From: Octopus vulgaris
Lineage: Eukaryota
Assembly (NCBI GenBank): GCA_951406725.2
Contig: OX597814.1
Location: 57,784,001 to 57,848,000 of the forward strand
Length of the DNA stretch: 64,000 nt
Reading direction: 5' to 3'
In this document: piece after piece, positions 13,838 to 29,418 of the stretch
How the letters are laid out: each line of letters starts with the position of its first letter
How positions within the stretch are numbered: the first letter of the stretch is position 1
Translations under genes and position numbers: made by a program
The notes under the pieces: generated by a model
What the model was told of the DNA's origin: nothing
The model's database searches: none
The model's input: only the letters and a program-made list of their open reading frames with translations

Positions 13838-14964
13838 TACGGCCTTTAGACGACTTCGGAATCTCCTGCAACCTGTCTTGGCAGTCGTCTTGTTTAAGTT
13901 GGTGAATTCTGCCATAATCCTTACCGTCAGTTTATCTTTCGTTTATCTTTCGTGTTAAAAGAAGTTTTGTTGGCCTCTCGCTCAACTGCGCCCCGCCACA
14001 TAACAATCAAGGAGGTTACAGACTGGAGAGTTAGGTGGCCAGGTTTTAGGGGTGGTGTGGTCGCAGAAATTGTCTGACAGCCATGACTAGGTTCTCTTGC
14101 TTTTGTAGCATGAGGCAAAATCCTGTTGCCAGACATGGCGTCCTACAGCAACCACCCTTTAAACGCAGTGCAGCAGTACTTCCTCCAGGTATTTGATGTA
14201 GGCCTCCGTGTTGAGTCTGAGGCCGTGTGGGAAGATAAATGGAGGCATAACGTCACCATCACTAGTGATCACTTCAAACACCATGATATTGATTGGATGT
14301 TTAATTTTTATCACTCTCGGCACATGTTTTGGGGATACGGAATGGATCTGTGTGTTCACCATCTGATCCTGGCAGAAATGTTTCTCCTCTGAGACAAACC
14401 AAAGCACGTTCGTTTGGTGGGGATGCTTAAGTGTGTTCAAAAGTTTCGTAGCGCAGTCTTTCTTCTTGGCTTTGATGGCTTGAGATAAATATTGGCCCTT
14501 TCCCATCTAGTATGAGGAATACCGAAAGTCTTCATTCACTACCCGCTTGATAAGAAATTCAGACACTCTCATGTCCTTGGCGATGGATCTGATTGACTTC
14601 GAGGGATCATTGTCAATCATGGCCTGGATCTCACCAACACACTCACAGGAGTTCTATTCTTATCAGAACGATCAGAGTGAGTTTTCCGAGCTGTCGTGCC
14701 ATTGTAATCACCATTAGACTAATACAACCTTTTCCGGATCCTCTGCACTCTCTTGATATGTTCGTATTAGAGCTTCGGGAGCGAATGCCAAGCAGTACAG
14801 CATGTCATTTCCAAATTTCCGGCAGAGTGAATTGCGTCATGGTGCTGTTTTTTTCACAGACAGTGCTGAACTGACCCTACTATACTGTTTTGGTAGAAAA
14901 ATAATTGCACGCGCGAAATTAAATATATATAATATAAAATGACGACAATTAATCCATCGCACCC
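13838..14964 (-). mobile_element. maT/DD37D mariner-like transposon, decayed, 3' end lost
   Basis: Minus-strand motifs WFVSEEKHF, ITSDGDVMPPFIFPHGLRLNTEAY, VWQQD, WPPNSPVCNLLD; terminal TA|tagggtgcgatgg near 14964. Confidence 0.85.
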
Positions 14965-15049
14965 TATATATGTGTGTGTGTGTGTGTATACATACATACA
15001 TACATACATACATACATACATACATACATACATACATACATACATACAC

Positions 15050-15090
<41 letters not shown>

Positions 15091-15098
15091 TACACACA

Positions 15099-15142
<44 letters not shown>

Positions 15143-15144
<2 letters not shown>

Positions 15145-15442
15145 GAGGCGCAATGGCCCGGAGGTTAGGGCACCGGACTCGCGGTCGTAGGATCGCGGTT
15201 TCGATTCCCAGACCGGGCGTTGTGAGTGTTTATTGAGCGAAAACACCTTAAAAAGCTCCACGAGGCTCCGACAGGGGGTGATGATCCCTGCTGTACTCTT
15301 TCACCACTCTTTCTTTCACTCTTTCTTCTGTTGACCTGCTCGCTTAGCCAGCGGGGTGGCGTCATTCGAAGGCTAAAACAATGCGAACGTATTGTGACCA
15401 GCGATGTGTAACTACATCTGATGGACTGGTCGGTCACGTGAT

Positions 15443-15447
<5 letters not shown>
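15143..15447 (+). mobile_element. tRNA-derived SINE, family C (tRNA-Arg-like head)
   Basis: A box TGGCCCGGAGG and B box GTTTCGATTCCC followed by an unrelated body; flanked by (TA)n on both sides. Confidence 0.75.
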
Positions 15448-15479
<32 letters not shown>

Positions 15480-15918
15480 GTGTAATAATATATTTGTGTA
15501 ATGTAGGGAGGGTTAAAATCTAAGCCGTCTCCTCTTGAAGCACATCTGCTTATTCCAGTGCTCCAAAGTCGTATGTAGATGTTATATTTGTGTGAAGTAT
15601 GCATAAGAGTTGAAAATTGCAAAAACAGGAAACTAAAAAAGAAATGATATTATTATTCACCATTACGCATGCTAAGAGGAGTTACGAAATTGTCGGTGCA
15701 GGAGAAATATGTAAGGTGTCGCCTATTAGAAACTCTTCAAACAAAGAATCAAATAATAAAAAAATTTACATTTGGATGAAGCGTTTGTATGTATTTAATA
15801 ATCAAGAGTCCCATAGAAAGTCGGAGAGAATAAAGAACAACATAAGTGATATAGAAGGGAGAGAGAGATAGATAGAGAGAGGTAGTGTGAGAGAGATGAG
15901 TGTATTCAAACATACACA

Positions 15919-15964
<46 letters not shown>

Positions 15965-16051
15965 CGGACACATACATACAGACACATACATATGTAAATC
16001 TGCATGTATACTATGTTTTATGTATTCATACATAAATAAATACACACACAA

Positions 16052-16103
<52 letters not shown>

Positions 16104-16203
16104 GGTAAATATAATGAAATGTTTCAATGCTTCATTTGCCGGTTCTTGAAGAAGCAGAGAAGCAATCAATCGTTTATTTATAATTCCATCTACGTGTCGG
16201 TGC

Positions 16204-16256
<53 letters not shown>

Positions 16257-16519
16257 GTGTGTGTGTTGTGTGTGTGTGTGTGTACGGGTATGCTTTTGTG
16301 TGCAACCACCTTTCAACACGCACAGGCACAAAAAAGTCCGTTGTAGTTTATTTATGCATGTGTAGTTGTTTTTGATATGAAGAATATTTATTATATTATA
16401 TAAATCACCCAGAAACAATGAAGCGAAGCAAGAAATATGTCGTAAAAATGTATACAAAAATATTCTCAAGTCCTCTACTACGAACTACAATATATAGTGA
16501 GAGTTAAATATCAGAGAGT

Positions 16520-17575
16520 TGAAAACCCAACTGGAATTCCAAGTGTTGTAACCAGTCAGTTGCACTCTTTAGATGTTTCTATCCATTTATCTTTAAAAGT
16601 ATTCCTTTGGGGGAAGTGAAAAAAATGCAGTCTTCAGATTCTGCAGTGACACCAACAAGGAGAAGGAAGTGGCCTAACACAATTGCATGTGTAGGTAAAA
16701 AGTTCATGGAATGCTGTAAAAGAAGATGTAGTTGTGAAATCATTTTAAAAATACGGCATTAATAATACCCTTGATGGTCCTGAGAATGATTTAGTGTTTG
16801 AAGAAGATATTGATTACCCACATTGTATAGATTTCCAGTGAGGAAGAAAGTAGTATCAATGGTAAAAGTGAGAATAAACTTTCAGACTTTGTGGATGCTG
16901 ATTTAACTTTTGAATGCAATGATTAAGGTAACCTTTACCATAATTTTTTAATGCTTTTTGTGATTGCTTGCAGTGTAGAGTAACATATGCTGTTCACTGA
17001 ACTACCAGTATCAGAACGCATTCAGTTTCTTTTTCCTGCTGCTTGTTGTATACTAATATTCAATGAAATTTTGCTTTGTCTGCATGTACTATAGTTTCCT
17101 ATAGAAATTCATTCACATTTATTTTACCTTCCTGGTTGTTTTGTTCCAGTTTTTACCAATATATTTGCTTTTGTTTGCATGTACCAGGATTCATTATATC
17201 AATGTATTTCTGTTTTGCTGTAGCAATTTTAATTTAGTTTCCTTCAAAGGTTATTGTGATGTTGCGTTATATGGTTTCGTGCATTATTCTAATATATTTT
17301 CACAAAATTGTTTTCACGTACATAAACAATTTCCCCTACAAAACCAATTAAAATATCTTTCAATGATTTTATGATGAAACATACTAAAATTGTTTTTTCT
17401 TCCCCACAAAACATCCTTGAAAACAGTGGGACTGCATAATATACGTGGGCAAAAACAGTAATTTCTATTATAGCACTTAAAGCCATACGCGAAGGGAATT
17501 TTATATATTTTTAAGAAATATGATTTATGTGAATAAGTTACACACACTTGATTAACCATGCGAATATATACAGGA
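16520..17575 (+). mobile_element. pogo/Tigger-family transposon 3' remnant
   Basis: Translation GIPSVVTSQLHSLDVSI...TPTRRRKWP...VKSSWNAVKEDVVVKSF*KYGINNTLDGPENDL matches the pogo DDE C-terminus (IPGGLTSQLQPLDV...VKSFKKCGISNALDG); right boundary uncertain. Confidence 0.75.
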
Positions 17576-17592
17576 ATACATATATATATTTG

Positions 17593-17698
<106 letters not shown>

Positions 17699-17704
17699 AA
17701 GCAT

Positions 17705-18960
17705 TATAATCATCAAACTCCCTGTTGCAGTTAGCCCTTGTGCCACTCCAGACACTTGTAGTCAGCTGTCGCCACTGGTGTCTGTTCTCTGTTCTCTCTC
17801 ATGGGTAACACTTTTGCGGTATTGTGATTCTTGTCTGTAATGCTATCAGACCAAGGTTTTGCTTTCTGTCTGCTGCTCTTTCGCCCTCTTTCAACTGTGC
17901 CCTAGAGGATGATTTTGGACAAGGGGTTGTACCGAGATACGTGACCTACCAGGCATGCTTTCGTTTTTATACCTGCGCATGAAGTGTTTCTTATCTGTCA
18001 GTGTTGCTACTGAATTGATGCATGACAAAGCTGTTCGTTTTGTGGTATGTATAAGGGATTACCTAGCTGCCTTCTGACGCACTTGTGCCCAGATGCCAGG
18101 ATTCTTCGTTCTTTATTACTTGCAAGAGTCCAGCTCTCACACCTATACTGAAGGGCTGAAGTTACCAGGGACTTGTACATTTTGAATTTTGTTGGGAACA
18201 GAGGCCAGGCTGAGTCTTATTGTGATCGTCTTTTGCGATCTGCCGTCTTTGGCCAAAGTGGATACAAGGTACTCGAAGTTGTTCGCCTTCGTCAAATCTC
18301 TCCATTCAGCTTGATGTAGGTTTCGGTGTTCTGATTGCGACTCTTACCCTGGACCTTATCTCTTTTCTCGGTTGATCATCAAGCAGCTTGCTTCAGATAC
18401 TTTTCCACTAGTGGTGGGCTCCTGGAGTTCTGCTTCACTGCTTTCTAACACGTTAATATGATCAGCAAAATACAGGTTGGAGACAAGCCGTCCTCCAATG
18501 GAGACACAGGGGTAGAAAAACTTTGAAAAACACAGTAGACAGTAGACACCCTTGCTTGTCTGCCGTTCACCTTCCTAGTTCTAGCTTTATTGATGAGGGA
18601 CTTGAACATTTGAAGTGCGAGTATGAAGTCAATTTCATTGTGAGTCCCGTCATTATGTGCATGACATATTGTTCTGCGCAAGGTCTTGTATGGAAGCAGT
18701 GTATTGCTTAGGGTCAGCTTGTGTGTCGCAATCCACGATCATTGGTTTCTCTGATCTCGATTCATTCCACTGTCCAGTTTAATTGGTCATGTGTATCTGA
18801 TCCTACTTTGGGATTTCAGTCTCCTAGACTGGTAAGAGCATTTTTTTAGGAGTTGCCCAGATGATTCTTTTCTCCAGATCCTCATAGAAATCCTAATCTG
18901 CATCATCATCATCATATTCAAGCGCTAGCATATAGACTTGCATGATGGTAATATTCTTCC
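17705..18960 (-). mobile_element. RTE-clade LINE remnant, internally deleted
   Basis: APE endonuclease motifs NITIMQVY...DFYEDLE and THNEIDFIL; RT motifs RQGCLLS and IGGRLVSNLYFADH. Confidence 0.8.
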
Positions 18961-21900
18961 AGATCGGCCAAAGCCCTGAAAACCAACTACCGCGCTCTCC
19001 ACTGCTTTCTCTCAAGAGATCAATGTGCAACTGAAATATGAAACATGAAATGAAAATCAAATATTTTTATGCATTTATAACAAAATACCAAAATCTGCGA
19101 ATATTTACTGAAATGAAAACATTATAATTATATGATATATTAAAGGAAGTGTTTGCTTTACCTATTTTTAAACTATTTTTATGAATAATTTTGAATATCA
19201 TTTTGAGCCAATACAGTTGGTGATGCTTTAATAACATCATCAAAATATGTATTTTCTTTATCGCTTGATCATTACTGAACTAGGCTGAAGTCAATAGTCT
19301 TAATTTGCCCTGTACATTTCTCAATCAATAATTTCAAATTATTGAGAGATTACCCACAACTAATTTTAAAATTGTAATTGTGAGCGTTATGTGAAAGACA
19401 GCTACCGCTAAGTTTGAAAGAGAAAACGCAAGTTTCATCTCCATACTGCACAATAATCTTAAGTATCGTCTTAGCTTTTGAAGTCGTAATATTTGGGCGA
19501 CATTTCAAAAGCATTTTATAATCTAAAATTTCGTCATAAAGCTCAAATCTGTATATATTACTGCTATAAAACTACTTAAGTTTAAAATGACTTTTTAAGC
19601 ATATTTACATTATTAAAACTGTAGCTTTATTTAATTCGTGTCAAGCTGTAATTTTGTATGTAAAAATTATTAAAATTTTTTGTAAAGGATACGGTCAGTA
19701 GCTTTTTAATTTCATTTCCTTCTTCACTGTTAACTTTAAATTCTTGGTTTTCACCAGGTATTTGTTTTTGGGTCGTTCTTCTAATTGAATATCCCATTCA
19801 TCATGTAATTACAACACAATTTCGAATGATCCTCGATAAAGGATTTTCAAGTATATATAAAAATATCCTTGAAAAAACTTTTATACGCCAGAAGTATTAT
19901 GTAAGTTCAGGGTATGTTCATAGGGTCTTGTTAGAACATGTTCAATTTGAATAAGAATCATATCACAGAACCCTGACAGAACAAAGGAATTAAAAGTTCA
20001 CACAATTCATAACGCCCAAACCTGGAGTTACCTCTTAGTTTAATTTTGGTCATCAGAGTGTTTTACAAAACTTGTACTTTGATATCAATCTATTCATGAA
20101 CAAGTTTCATAATGTCTGGCTTGGAACACCATCGATTTTCAGATTCATACGGCTATTAGCATAGTATATTTCGGCTTTTGATAACGGATGGTTAGCACTA
20201 ATACATCTTGGTTAGTAGCACGCACTTCAATCACTCTGAGAGAATGATTACCATAGTTTACAGAAAATCGCTTTGCAATGTTTTTCATTAATCCTGTGTT
20301 GAACACCATTTATATAATCAGCCATAACTGCATCGTTATCATGACGTTTCGTCTTTTACGAGTTATTCCAAAATTACTAAGCCCGTGTTTTTTCTGATGC
20401 CTTCGTTTTAATTGGATAACGCTAAGAAAAGTCTCAATATCAATATATTGAACTCTTTCTGCCATTTGCTCCTGATGTCATTGATCTGAAGCAGAATCAA
20501 AAATGAGGCCAAAATGTGTGCCCTTATGAATGCTATGTAGCAATTTCTGGCGAACAGTAAAGCTGTCTGTTGAATATATTCATTCAGCAATATTATTCCA
20601 AGACCCTTTTCCACATAGCGAAATACAATTTCATGAAAGGATTAAAGCTGTTAGCAAGTTTAGTAATATGTCTAAAATATTTCCAAAATTGCTTTTCACT
20701 TTGTGTAGGATTTCTTTTCACCATGCAATAGAATGTTTTGAGTAGCTAAAATATTTACGACATAAAAATTCTGTGGAAAATATCTGACACTGTGTTGACA
20801 TACAGAGAAAATTCTTAAATCCATTATACAAACGGTATTTTACTATTTTGTAAGTAGTTTGAATTCAAAGAAACCACTTTTATCTGGAGGGCATCCGCCC
20901 GACAAAAATAATCATTTTATTTTATGACACTGTAAGAAACCTACATCGTAATACTGAATCGCACCTGGTATAAGTTACCTGTATTTTCTTGCCTTTTGAT
21001 ATTAAGTTTTATTATGCTTTATTTCCTCAAAAAGTCTGATTCTCAAACAGCAATTAGTCCTGCAACTGACACACTGGCGATGTCAGCCAAGATAAATTTC
21101 TGTAGCATTAAATACTTATGAATGATTAGACAGTCAGAACTATAACATAAAACTACTTAATACTTTTCAGCTTTCGCTTTTTTGCAGTTTTCATTTCCTC
21201 ATGTTTTTTTCTTTTACTGTCTAGTGGCTGTTTGAGCTTGGCAAAATTGCATTATTTCAAAATCTGACAAATTGAGCCATTGGTGGTTAGAATGATGCGA
21301 ACCTTTGTTTTGAAGGAAATAACAATGTAAAGTGGCCCTAAAGTTTGAATTGAGGTTTTTACGCGAATATACTAGGTATCGTTTACTTTCAAATGAAGAT
21401 CTGTAAAAGCATTTACAATAATTTTATTGATAATGTCATAAATCCTTTAACTTTGAGTTATTTTATAGATAGTTCAATAATTTAGAAACAAAAATTATGT
21501 AATATAATATAAATCAAATATATATAATGCTATATTCATGAATCATAAAGATCACACGCTGAATTTATGAAAGACTTCAAATAGCAATAGTTTTAAGAAG
21601 ACAAAGATTAAAAGAATTAAATGATAGTGAAATGGGTTGGAAGAGAAATTTCAAATATCAAGTTAGAGGGAAATCAATACTATTTTATGATAAAGTAGAA
21701 AATCTTACATCTCACTGAAGAATTCGCAGCTGCTGCAAGCATTTTGGTTCATATTCCACAATTAAAAGATGTTGTGATGCAGTTCTCTACTGGCGGTATA
21801 CCATTAAATTTTGCGCTGACGAAGAACTTGTAGATCTCTTGAGAATGAACATTCTCAATAACAAGACTTAGATCATGGAGAGAATACAGCCAATAAGTGA

Positions 21901-22221
21901 TGCCATGTACTGTTATCACAAAAGAACGTCTTTGAAGCAAGCGTCTGAATTACAGCTCATTAGCTGATGATATTTACACAAGACTCTTCTGAAAACGGAG
22001 ATACATATGTTTGTGCAACTATAAAAGTATTGAATAAATCTATACATATAAATTTGATGTGGGCGATTCTTTCTTGTATATTTTCTTGTCTTGGGATTCA
22101 TGGTCAAACGACTGGGTGGAACTGCGCGAAAAATTACACAGGTGTGTAGAATGTGTGTACGTGTGTTTGTGTCTGTGTGTGTGTTTGTGTGTGTGTGTGT
22201 TTGTGTATGTGTGTGTGTGTT

Positions 22222-22263
<42 letters not shown>

Positions 22264-22294
22264 CGTGTGTGTGCGTGGGTGTGAGTGTGCGCAC

Positions 22295-23032
22295 GCAATG
22301 AAAGTGGGATGGTTAACATTCAACGCTGAAAAGAAAAATCAAACAACGTTTTAACTGTGTATTTCGTATTTACTCACCGGCTTTTGTATTTAGTCACGGT
22401 CAGCTTTATGTGGCCTTAAGTCGGACAAGAAGGAAGGAAAACTTTAAAATTCTTTTGAAGGAAACAAGCAGTCAAAGGATGTTAGTTGCTGATAGATTTT
22501 TCACAAGTTTGGTAGTAAAAGATTTATTAAACTAAAAACTTGGTTTTGTAACTTATCTACTTTAATAATACTCTTGTGTTTTTCTCCGTCACAACATATG
22601 AATGAGAAACGAAGGAGTGACAGATTAATAAAGAAGGAAGGAGTGATGGCAAACTTCGTAGTAGGATGGTGGAAACTGTACGGCGAAAAAGATAAATCAA
22701 ACAGCGTTTCAAATCTGTGTGAGTTTATGTGTGAATGTAAAAGGGAGGTATGTGTGTGTTTGTGCGTCTTTGTATATGCAATGGAAGTGGGATGGTGAAC
22801 ATTCAGCACTGAAAAGGAAAATCAAACGGCGTTTCAACTGTGTGTATTTGGTATTTACTTGCCAGCTCCCGTATTTAGTCGGATAAGAATGAAGGAAAAC
22901 TTGAAAATTCTTTTGAAGGATCAAAGCAGTCAAATGATGTTAGTTGCAGATAGATTTTTCACAAAAAATTTAGTAATAAAAGAATTATTAAAACAAAATC
23001 TTGATTTTTACCTTATTTATATATAAAATACT
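22295..23032. repeat. Diverged direct duplication, ~480-bp period
   Basis: 22295-22572 aligns to 22778-23032 (gcaatgRaagtgggatgg...gatagatttttcacaa), each preceded by (GT)-rich sequence. Confidence 0.85.
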
Positions 23033-23725
23033 ACAATTAGCCGTCATTTTTGATTAATAAATATTGCCTGTGACTAATAAATATTTCCATGTCAATTGAC
23101 ATCGAGTAACGTTTGTGTGTTTATCATAAAATTAAAAAGTAAACCCACAATTTTAAAGCTATTTAGAGCATTTAATCTTTGTTTTCATGATATTTTGGTT
23201 CTTTTGATGATGTTAAGCTGCGGCATGTATAATTTATTGTATATAGTATTATGGTATATTTTCATATCTTTGATTTGGTAAAGTTTGTTGCAAAACACTC
23301 AATTACTTATTAAATAATCTGATTTCATACGATTTTTATCACGTAATCAAATTGATGAGCACTTGTAGCTCTATACAAGACATACAAGACTGGTAGGAAA
23401 TCTGCAGATGTTGTTCGAATTCTCGCATCAGATTATACACCCATAAAAGCAACCAAAGACCATGTGGTAGTACTGAATCTGGTGACGGGCTACATCTCGC
23501 TAAAAATTAAATCAGAGTAGCATCTAAACACAGAACAAATACCACTCATCTAACACTTCACCGATTCTACCAGTCAAGCGCCTAGGACAGGTGTTTCATA
23601 TATTGACAATAGAAGAGTAAAAAGCAATGTTGATTTAGGAGGAGTCGAACTCAGAACGCATCAAACGATACTAAACATTGCAAAGCATTTCATCTGATGT
23701 TCCTACAGCTCTGACAAACACAGTG

Positions 23726-23955
23726 CAGTAATCCCTCGGCTATCACGAGTATTACATTCCAAAATCGCTCGCGATAGGTGAAACTCCGCGAAGTAGAAAC
23801 AGTACTGTATATTTTATTATTATTTTCATAATTTATATATATTTATTTCATTATAAATGCAAAACATTGCCACGGAGGAATCGACGTAAGCCTAAATAAT
23901 AAACCACGATAGGGAAACCGCAATAAGTGAACCGCGATATGGCGAGGGGTTGTTG
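23726..23955. mobile_element. Tigger/pogo-like MITE
   Basis: Ends cagtaatccctcggctatc and gatatggcgaggggttgttg|TA form imperfect TIRs; 230 bp. Confidence 0.65.
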
Positions 23956-24404
23956 TACTTCATAGCAATAAAATAGTTTTAGATACAATTATAGATCTTC
24001 AACAGAAAGTAAACACCAAATACATTGAAGTCAAACCCTAAGCTCAAAAGCTAGAGCTTTTTAAATATTACCACAGTCCTCTAAAACGAGGGTTCATATC
24101 CTTGAAGAAGCCCAAGTTACCCATATTAGGTTGTTCAGTGTCCACTGGATTTGAAGTAGTAATTTATATGTTTAACTTTCATGTGATATTGCAACTTAAA
24201 TAAAATCAACGGGGGGAAATGCGGAGCAGTAACCACCCAGCTTTATTTTCAGTATCAATAACGTGGGCTTTACAATCAAATTTCCTGATGAAACAACTCC
24301 CACACTCAAACACACATACATGTACATAAATGTACACATATTCGTAGACATACATAATACATACATACATTCACACATTCATGCGTATAACAATATATGT
24401 ATGC

Positions 24405-24438
<34 letters not shown>

Positions 24439-24499
24439 ATACACACAAACATACATACACACATGTATACATCCATAGAGAAACCTGATGTATTCTTTT

Positions 24500-24665
24500 A
24501 TTGCGTGGCCGTGCTGGAGCATAAACTTAATGGGCTTTTAGTCGAAGAAATTGACACCAGAACTTATTCTTTGTAAGCCTAGTACTGACCCTATCGTTAT
24601 CTTTTGCTGAACCGCTAACTTACGAGGACATAAACATACCAACATCGGTTGTCATGCGATGGTGG
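24500..24665 (-). mobile_element. Family A SINE 3' body
   Basis: ggccgtgctggagc...ttattctttgtaagcctagtac...catcggttgtca matches the copies at 37.6 and 39.1 kb. Confidence 0.7.
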
Positions 24666-24730
24666 GTGAGAGAGATACATACAAATGCATGCGCACACGC
24701 ACACGCACACACACGTACATACACATATAC

Positions 24731-25537
24731 ATGTTGCGATGGGCAAATTATCGCCATTTTATATTTTTAATTTTGCGCGTGCGCAATTTTTGTTTTTGAT
24801 TTTATTTACTACATGGTATAGTAGGGTCAGTTCGGCACCGTCTGTGAGAAAAACAGTACCATGACACAATTCACCCCGTTAAAAGTTTGGCAATCACATG
24901 CTGTACGAACATTTCAGAGTATTTGGGCGTCTGAGGACAGTGAAACCTGAGGACATGTAGGACATAGGACACCCAGTCAACATCATGGTGTTTGGAATGA
25001 TCACTTGTGATGGCGACGTTATGCTTCCACTCAGCTTCCCACACGGCCTCAAACTCAACACATAAGCCCACGTCAAATACCTGGAGGAGGTAATGCTGTC
25101 CTGGCTCAAGAGGGTGGCTGTTGGAAGGCCCTATGTCTGGCAACAGGACTCTGCACCATGCCACACAAGCAGGAGAACCCAGTCATAGCCGTCAGACAAT
25201 TTTTACGACCACATCTTCTCTAAAATCTGGCCACCTAACTCCCCAGACTGCAACTCCCTTGATAATTATGTGTGGGGCGCAGTTGAACCAGAGGCCAACA
25301 AAACTCCTAACACCAAGATGAACTGAAGGCAAGGATTGTGGTAATATTCACCAGCTTAAAGAGGGAGACCGTCCAGGAGATTCCGAAGTCACTTGGAGGC
25401 CATGGTTGAAAGCAATGGCGATTTTAATATTTCAAGATATGTTTATGTAATTTTGGTATATATATCTGTTAAAATTAGATGTCAGTGTTATTTACAATTT
25501 TGCGTAATTTAGACGACAGTTTATTCACCATAACCTG
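24731..25537 (+). mobile_element. maT/DD37D transposon, internally deleted copy
   Basis: Same 5' end as the 13.8-15.0 kb copy. QQDSAPCH...WPPNSPDCNSLD has 37 residues between the two D. Right end gacgacagtttattcaccataacctg. Confidence 0.85.
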
Positions 25538-25829
25538 AACGCGAGCGCGCGCGCACACACACGCACACACACAAGACGGGCTTCTTTCATACCTGTCCAT
25601 ACATGTATGTATGTATATGCGTCTATATATGTTTCACTATATGTGTATTTTTGAATTATATTTTTATCCTTAAATAAAGAGGCATCCAAACACATCTCTG
25701 TCATTTATGAATATATACACTCCTTATCCTTTTCTCTTGTATATTACTATATATTCCATATGGTTTCCACAATGACACATTAAGGAGGTTTTTATGAATA
25801 CTATGGGATTACTTAAATCCACACACATA

Positions 25830-26872
<1,043 letters not shown>

Positions 26873-27639
26873 AGGAACTCAAGCAGTGCTCAGAATGGGA
26901 GCAGTTGTAGAAGGAGCCTTTTATTGATTACTGAGCAAGAATGAGGAAAATTAATCTGAAGGTCGGATATAGCTAATGAGCAGGGATTTGGCCACCATTT
27001 CCGAATTACCGGCAAGGTGTTACGAGTCAGACTTTATGACTCGTATGCCATTCACAAGATGAGTAAATCGAATGAAAATACTGCAACCGGACCTCCTGTT
27101 TGTGATGATGACGTGACTCATTCGGAATTAACCTCGATTATATACAGCAACATAATTTGAAAATTAATAGAACATACACAATAGGACCGAATGATTCATG
27201 ATTTGCGCCTGAGTGATCATTACAATATAACTTTCTGAGGTATACAATCACAATACATATAATCACAACAACGTAATGCAGCGCTATGTCTTTGTTTATG
27301 AAAGAGAAAATATCTCCCTTTAGACACGTTGTCTCTAAAGAGTGAATGATGAACTAACTTGACTTTTACATAACTTACTATAAAAGTGTAAAGCAGAGAA
27401 ATGGGAAGAGAGAGATAGAGATAGAGAGAGTGAGAGAGAGAGAGTGAGAGAGAGAGAGAGAAAGAGAGAGGGGGCTATCTACAAGCAGTTTTCGGCCAGA
27501 TTTCCGAAAATATCGTTTTTAGAACAATAAATATTTCTCATCTTTTGATAATGACGTATTTCTAAAATATACGAAAGAATCAGGAATTCACAAAATAGCG
27601 AATACAGCACCCTCTCAATAATATGGATATTTCCTTGCC

Positions 27640-28360
27640 GCTCTGCGTCGTAGCCAATCGATGTTCATTCTTCATAGCTCACGTCTCACATGCATATGAG
27701 GGCGCAGGTTGGACAGTGCTATTGAAGAGTTTGGCACGTATGATCATAAATATGATCACCTCCTTTCTGGAGGCAAATACTTTCCACCCTGCCTGTATTC
27801 TCTTCGAAATTTCAACACCCATGTCTAGTCGCATACACGCTGTGTGTTCTAAGTTGACGCACTCCTTTACCTTCTTGATTTCATCGATTTCCACCTCTAT
27901 TCGTCCTCATGTCATATTTTCGGATCGACTGAATTTTGTTTTTTGGCGGTTCATTTTAAGGACTAAATCTGCACTATGGATGTTTAGTTCCACCAGCTGT
28001 TCAGTGGCTTCGGCAATGAGTATGATATTCTCTGCGAATCGCCGGAGTATTAGCAGCTTGCCGTTGATGCTCCTGATATCTGTCCAGTCAATGTCTTTGA
28101 TAACCCTTTCTATACATGCAGTGACGTTAGCAAAGATATATCAGTGGTGCAGTCAGAGAAAGCATCCATAAGACAGTTGATGTATTGCACCTCTATACCT
28201 TGTTTTTCTAGGATTTCTGTTCTGCGTTAATCTCAACGCTGTCGAAGGCCTTTTTTTGTCGACGAAAGTGATGTACAGAGGCTGCTTGAATTTTTTTACT
28301 TGTTTTATAAGCTGAGTTAGAGAGCATATCCGATACATTATACTGAAATTCTTAGAGGGA
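27640..28360 (-). mobile_element. RTE-like LINE reverse-transcriptase remnant
   Basis: QPLYITFVD/KAFDSVE, SINGKLLILRRFAENIILIA, EISKRIQAGW, RAKLFNSTVQPAPSYACET. Confidence 0.8.
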
Positions 28361-28484
28361 CCTGCTTGAAAAAGTATGACATAAAAATATGTTACGTATT
28401 ATCCAAATACTTGACTTCTAAAACATGCATATATGTATGTTTGTATGTGTGTGCGTGTGTGTGTGTGTGTGTTTGTGTGCGTGT

Positions 28485-28537
<53 letters not shown>

Positions 28538-28539
28538 TA

Positions 28540-29418
28540 CGGGGTGGGTGGAGAGTAACTAGGCATTAGAAATTGCTTGTAGAATTTTTAGTATCACTGA
28601 TGTCATGACGAAAACATATTTTAAACAGATAACACTAATGGAATTTTTTATTTTCTTATTGTCTTACTTCTTAATTCTTATTTTATTTTCCAGATGGCCG
28701 GTCGCTTGACTTTTGAGAAGCGAGCATTACGCTATGAAGTATGGCATTCCATTGTTTTGGTTCAGAGATGGTGATACGCATGGAAAAGTAAGCATGCAAC
28801 ACTACGTCCAGAGATAATAAAAATTTGTCATGCAAAGTTGATGACCGCAGGCTCAGTGAACGATGCAAGAAGTGGCCACCCAACCACATCTGGATCAACA
28901 GAGAACGTGGCAACAGTGCAGGGAATGCTTAAATCGCAGCCCGCAAAAACAAACATGCCAAGCAGCGTGTGAAAGTGAACTAACAAGACACACAATACGT
29001 ACGGTGTTGTACAAAGAATTGAATTTACGTCCGTGGAAACCCCATTACCTGCAGGAGCTAAAACCTGAAGAGTTTGACTGCAGAAGTCCAGAACTCCAAG
29101 ATATCTAGATCTCACTCCATGTGATTTTTACCTGTGGCGTTACACAAAAGAGGTGTACAAGACAAAAGCTCGAACACGGGAGGACTTGGAGACACGGATT
29201 CAGGAGGTTCTCAATGATATCTCAGACGATATCGTTCAGAAGTTTACTCATTCCATCCTTGGAAACTTGAGGAAACTTGTTGATGCCACCTGTGCTTCCG
29301 TTGAAATATGAAGATTTACTTTCATTTTCCCATGTAATAAAGATCATGTACAATTTATTTCAATAAATTTGTAAAAGGAATATGAATTTTATAACCAATA
29401 AATACCATTTGAACACTG
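28540..29418 (+). mobile_element. rosa (DD41D)-like mariner deletion derivative
   Basis: MAGRLTFEKR...RTVLYKELNLRPWKPHYLQELKPEE is fused to LDLTPCDFYLWRYTKE (SPDLTPCDFFLWG motif); catalytic core deleted; ends in cactg|TA. Confidence 0.7.

Noticed and set aside
15143-15215. tRNA gene
   Set aside because: The acceptor stem does not close and the head runs into a SINE body, so it is a tRNA-derived SINE
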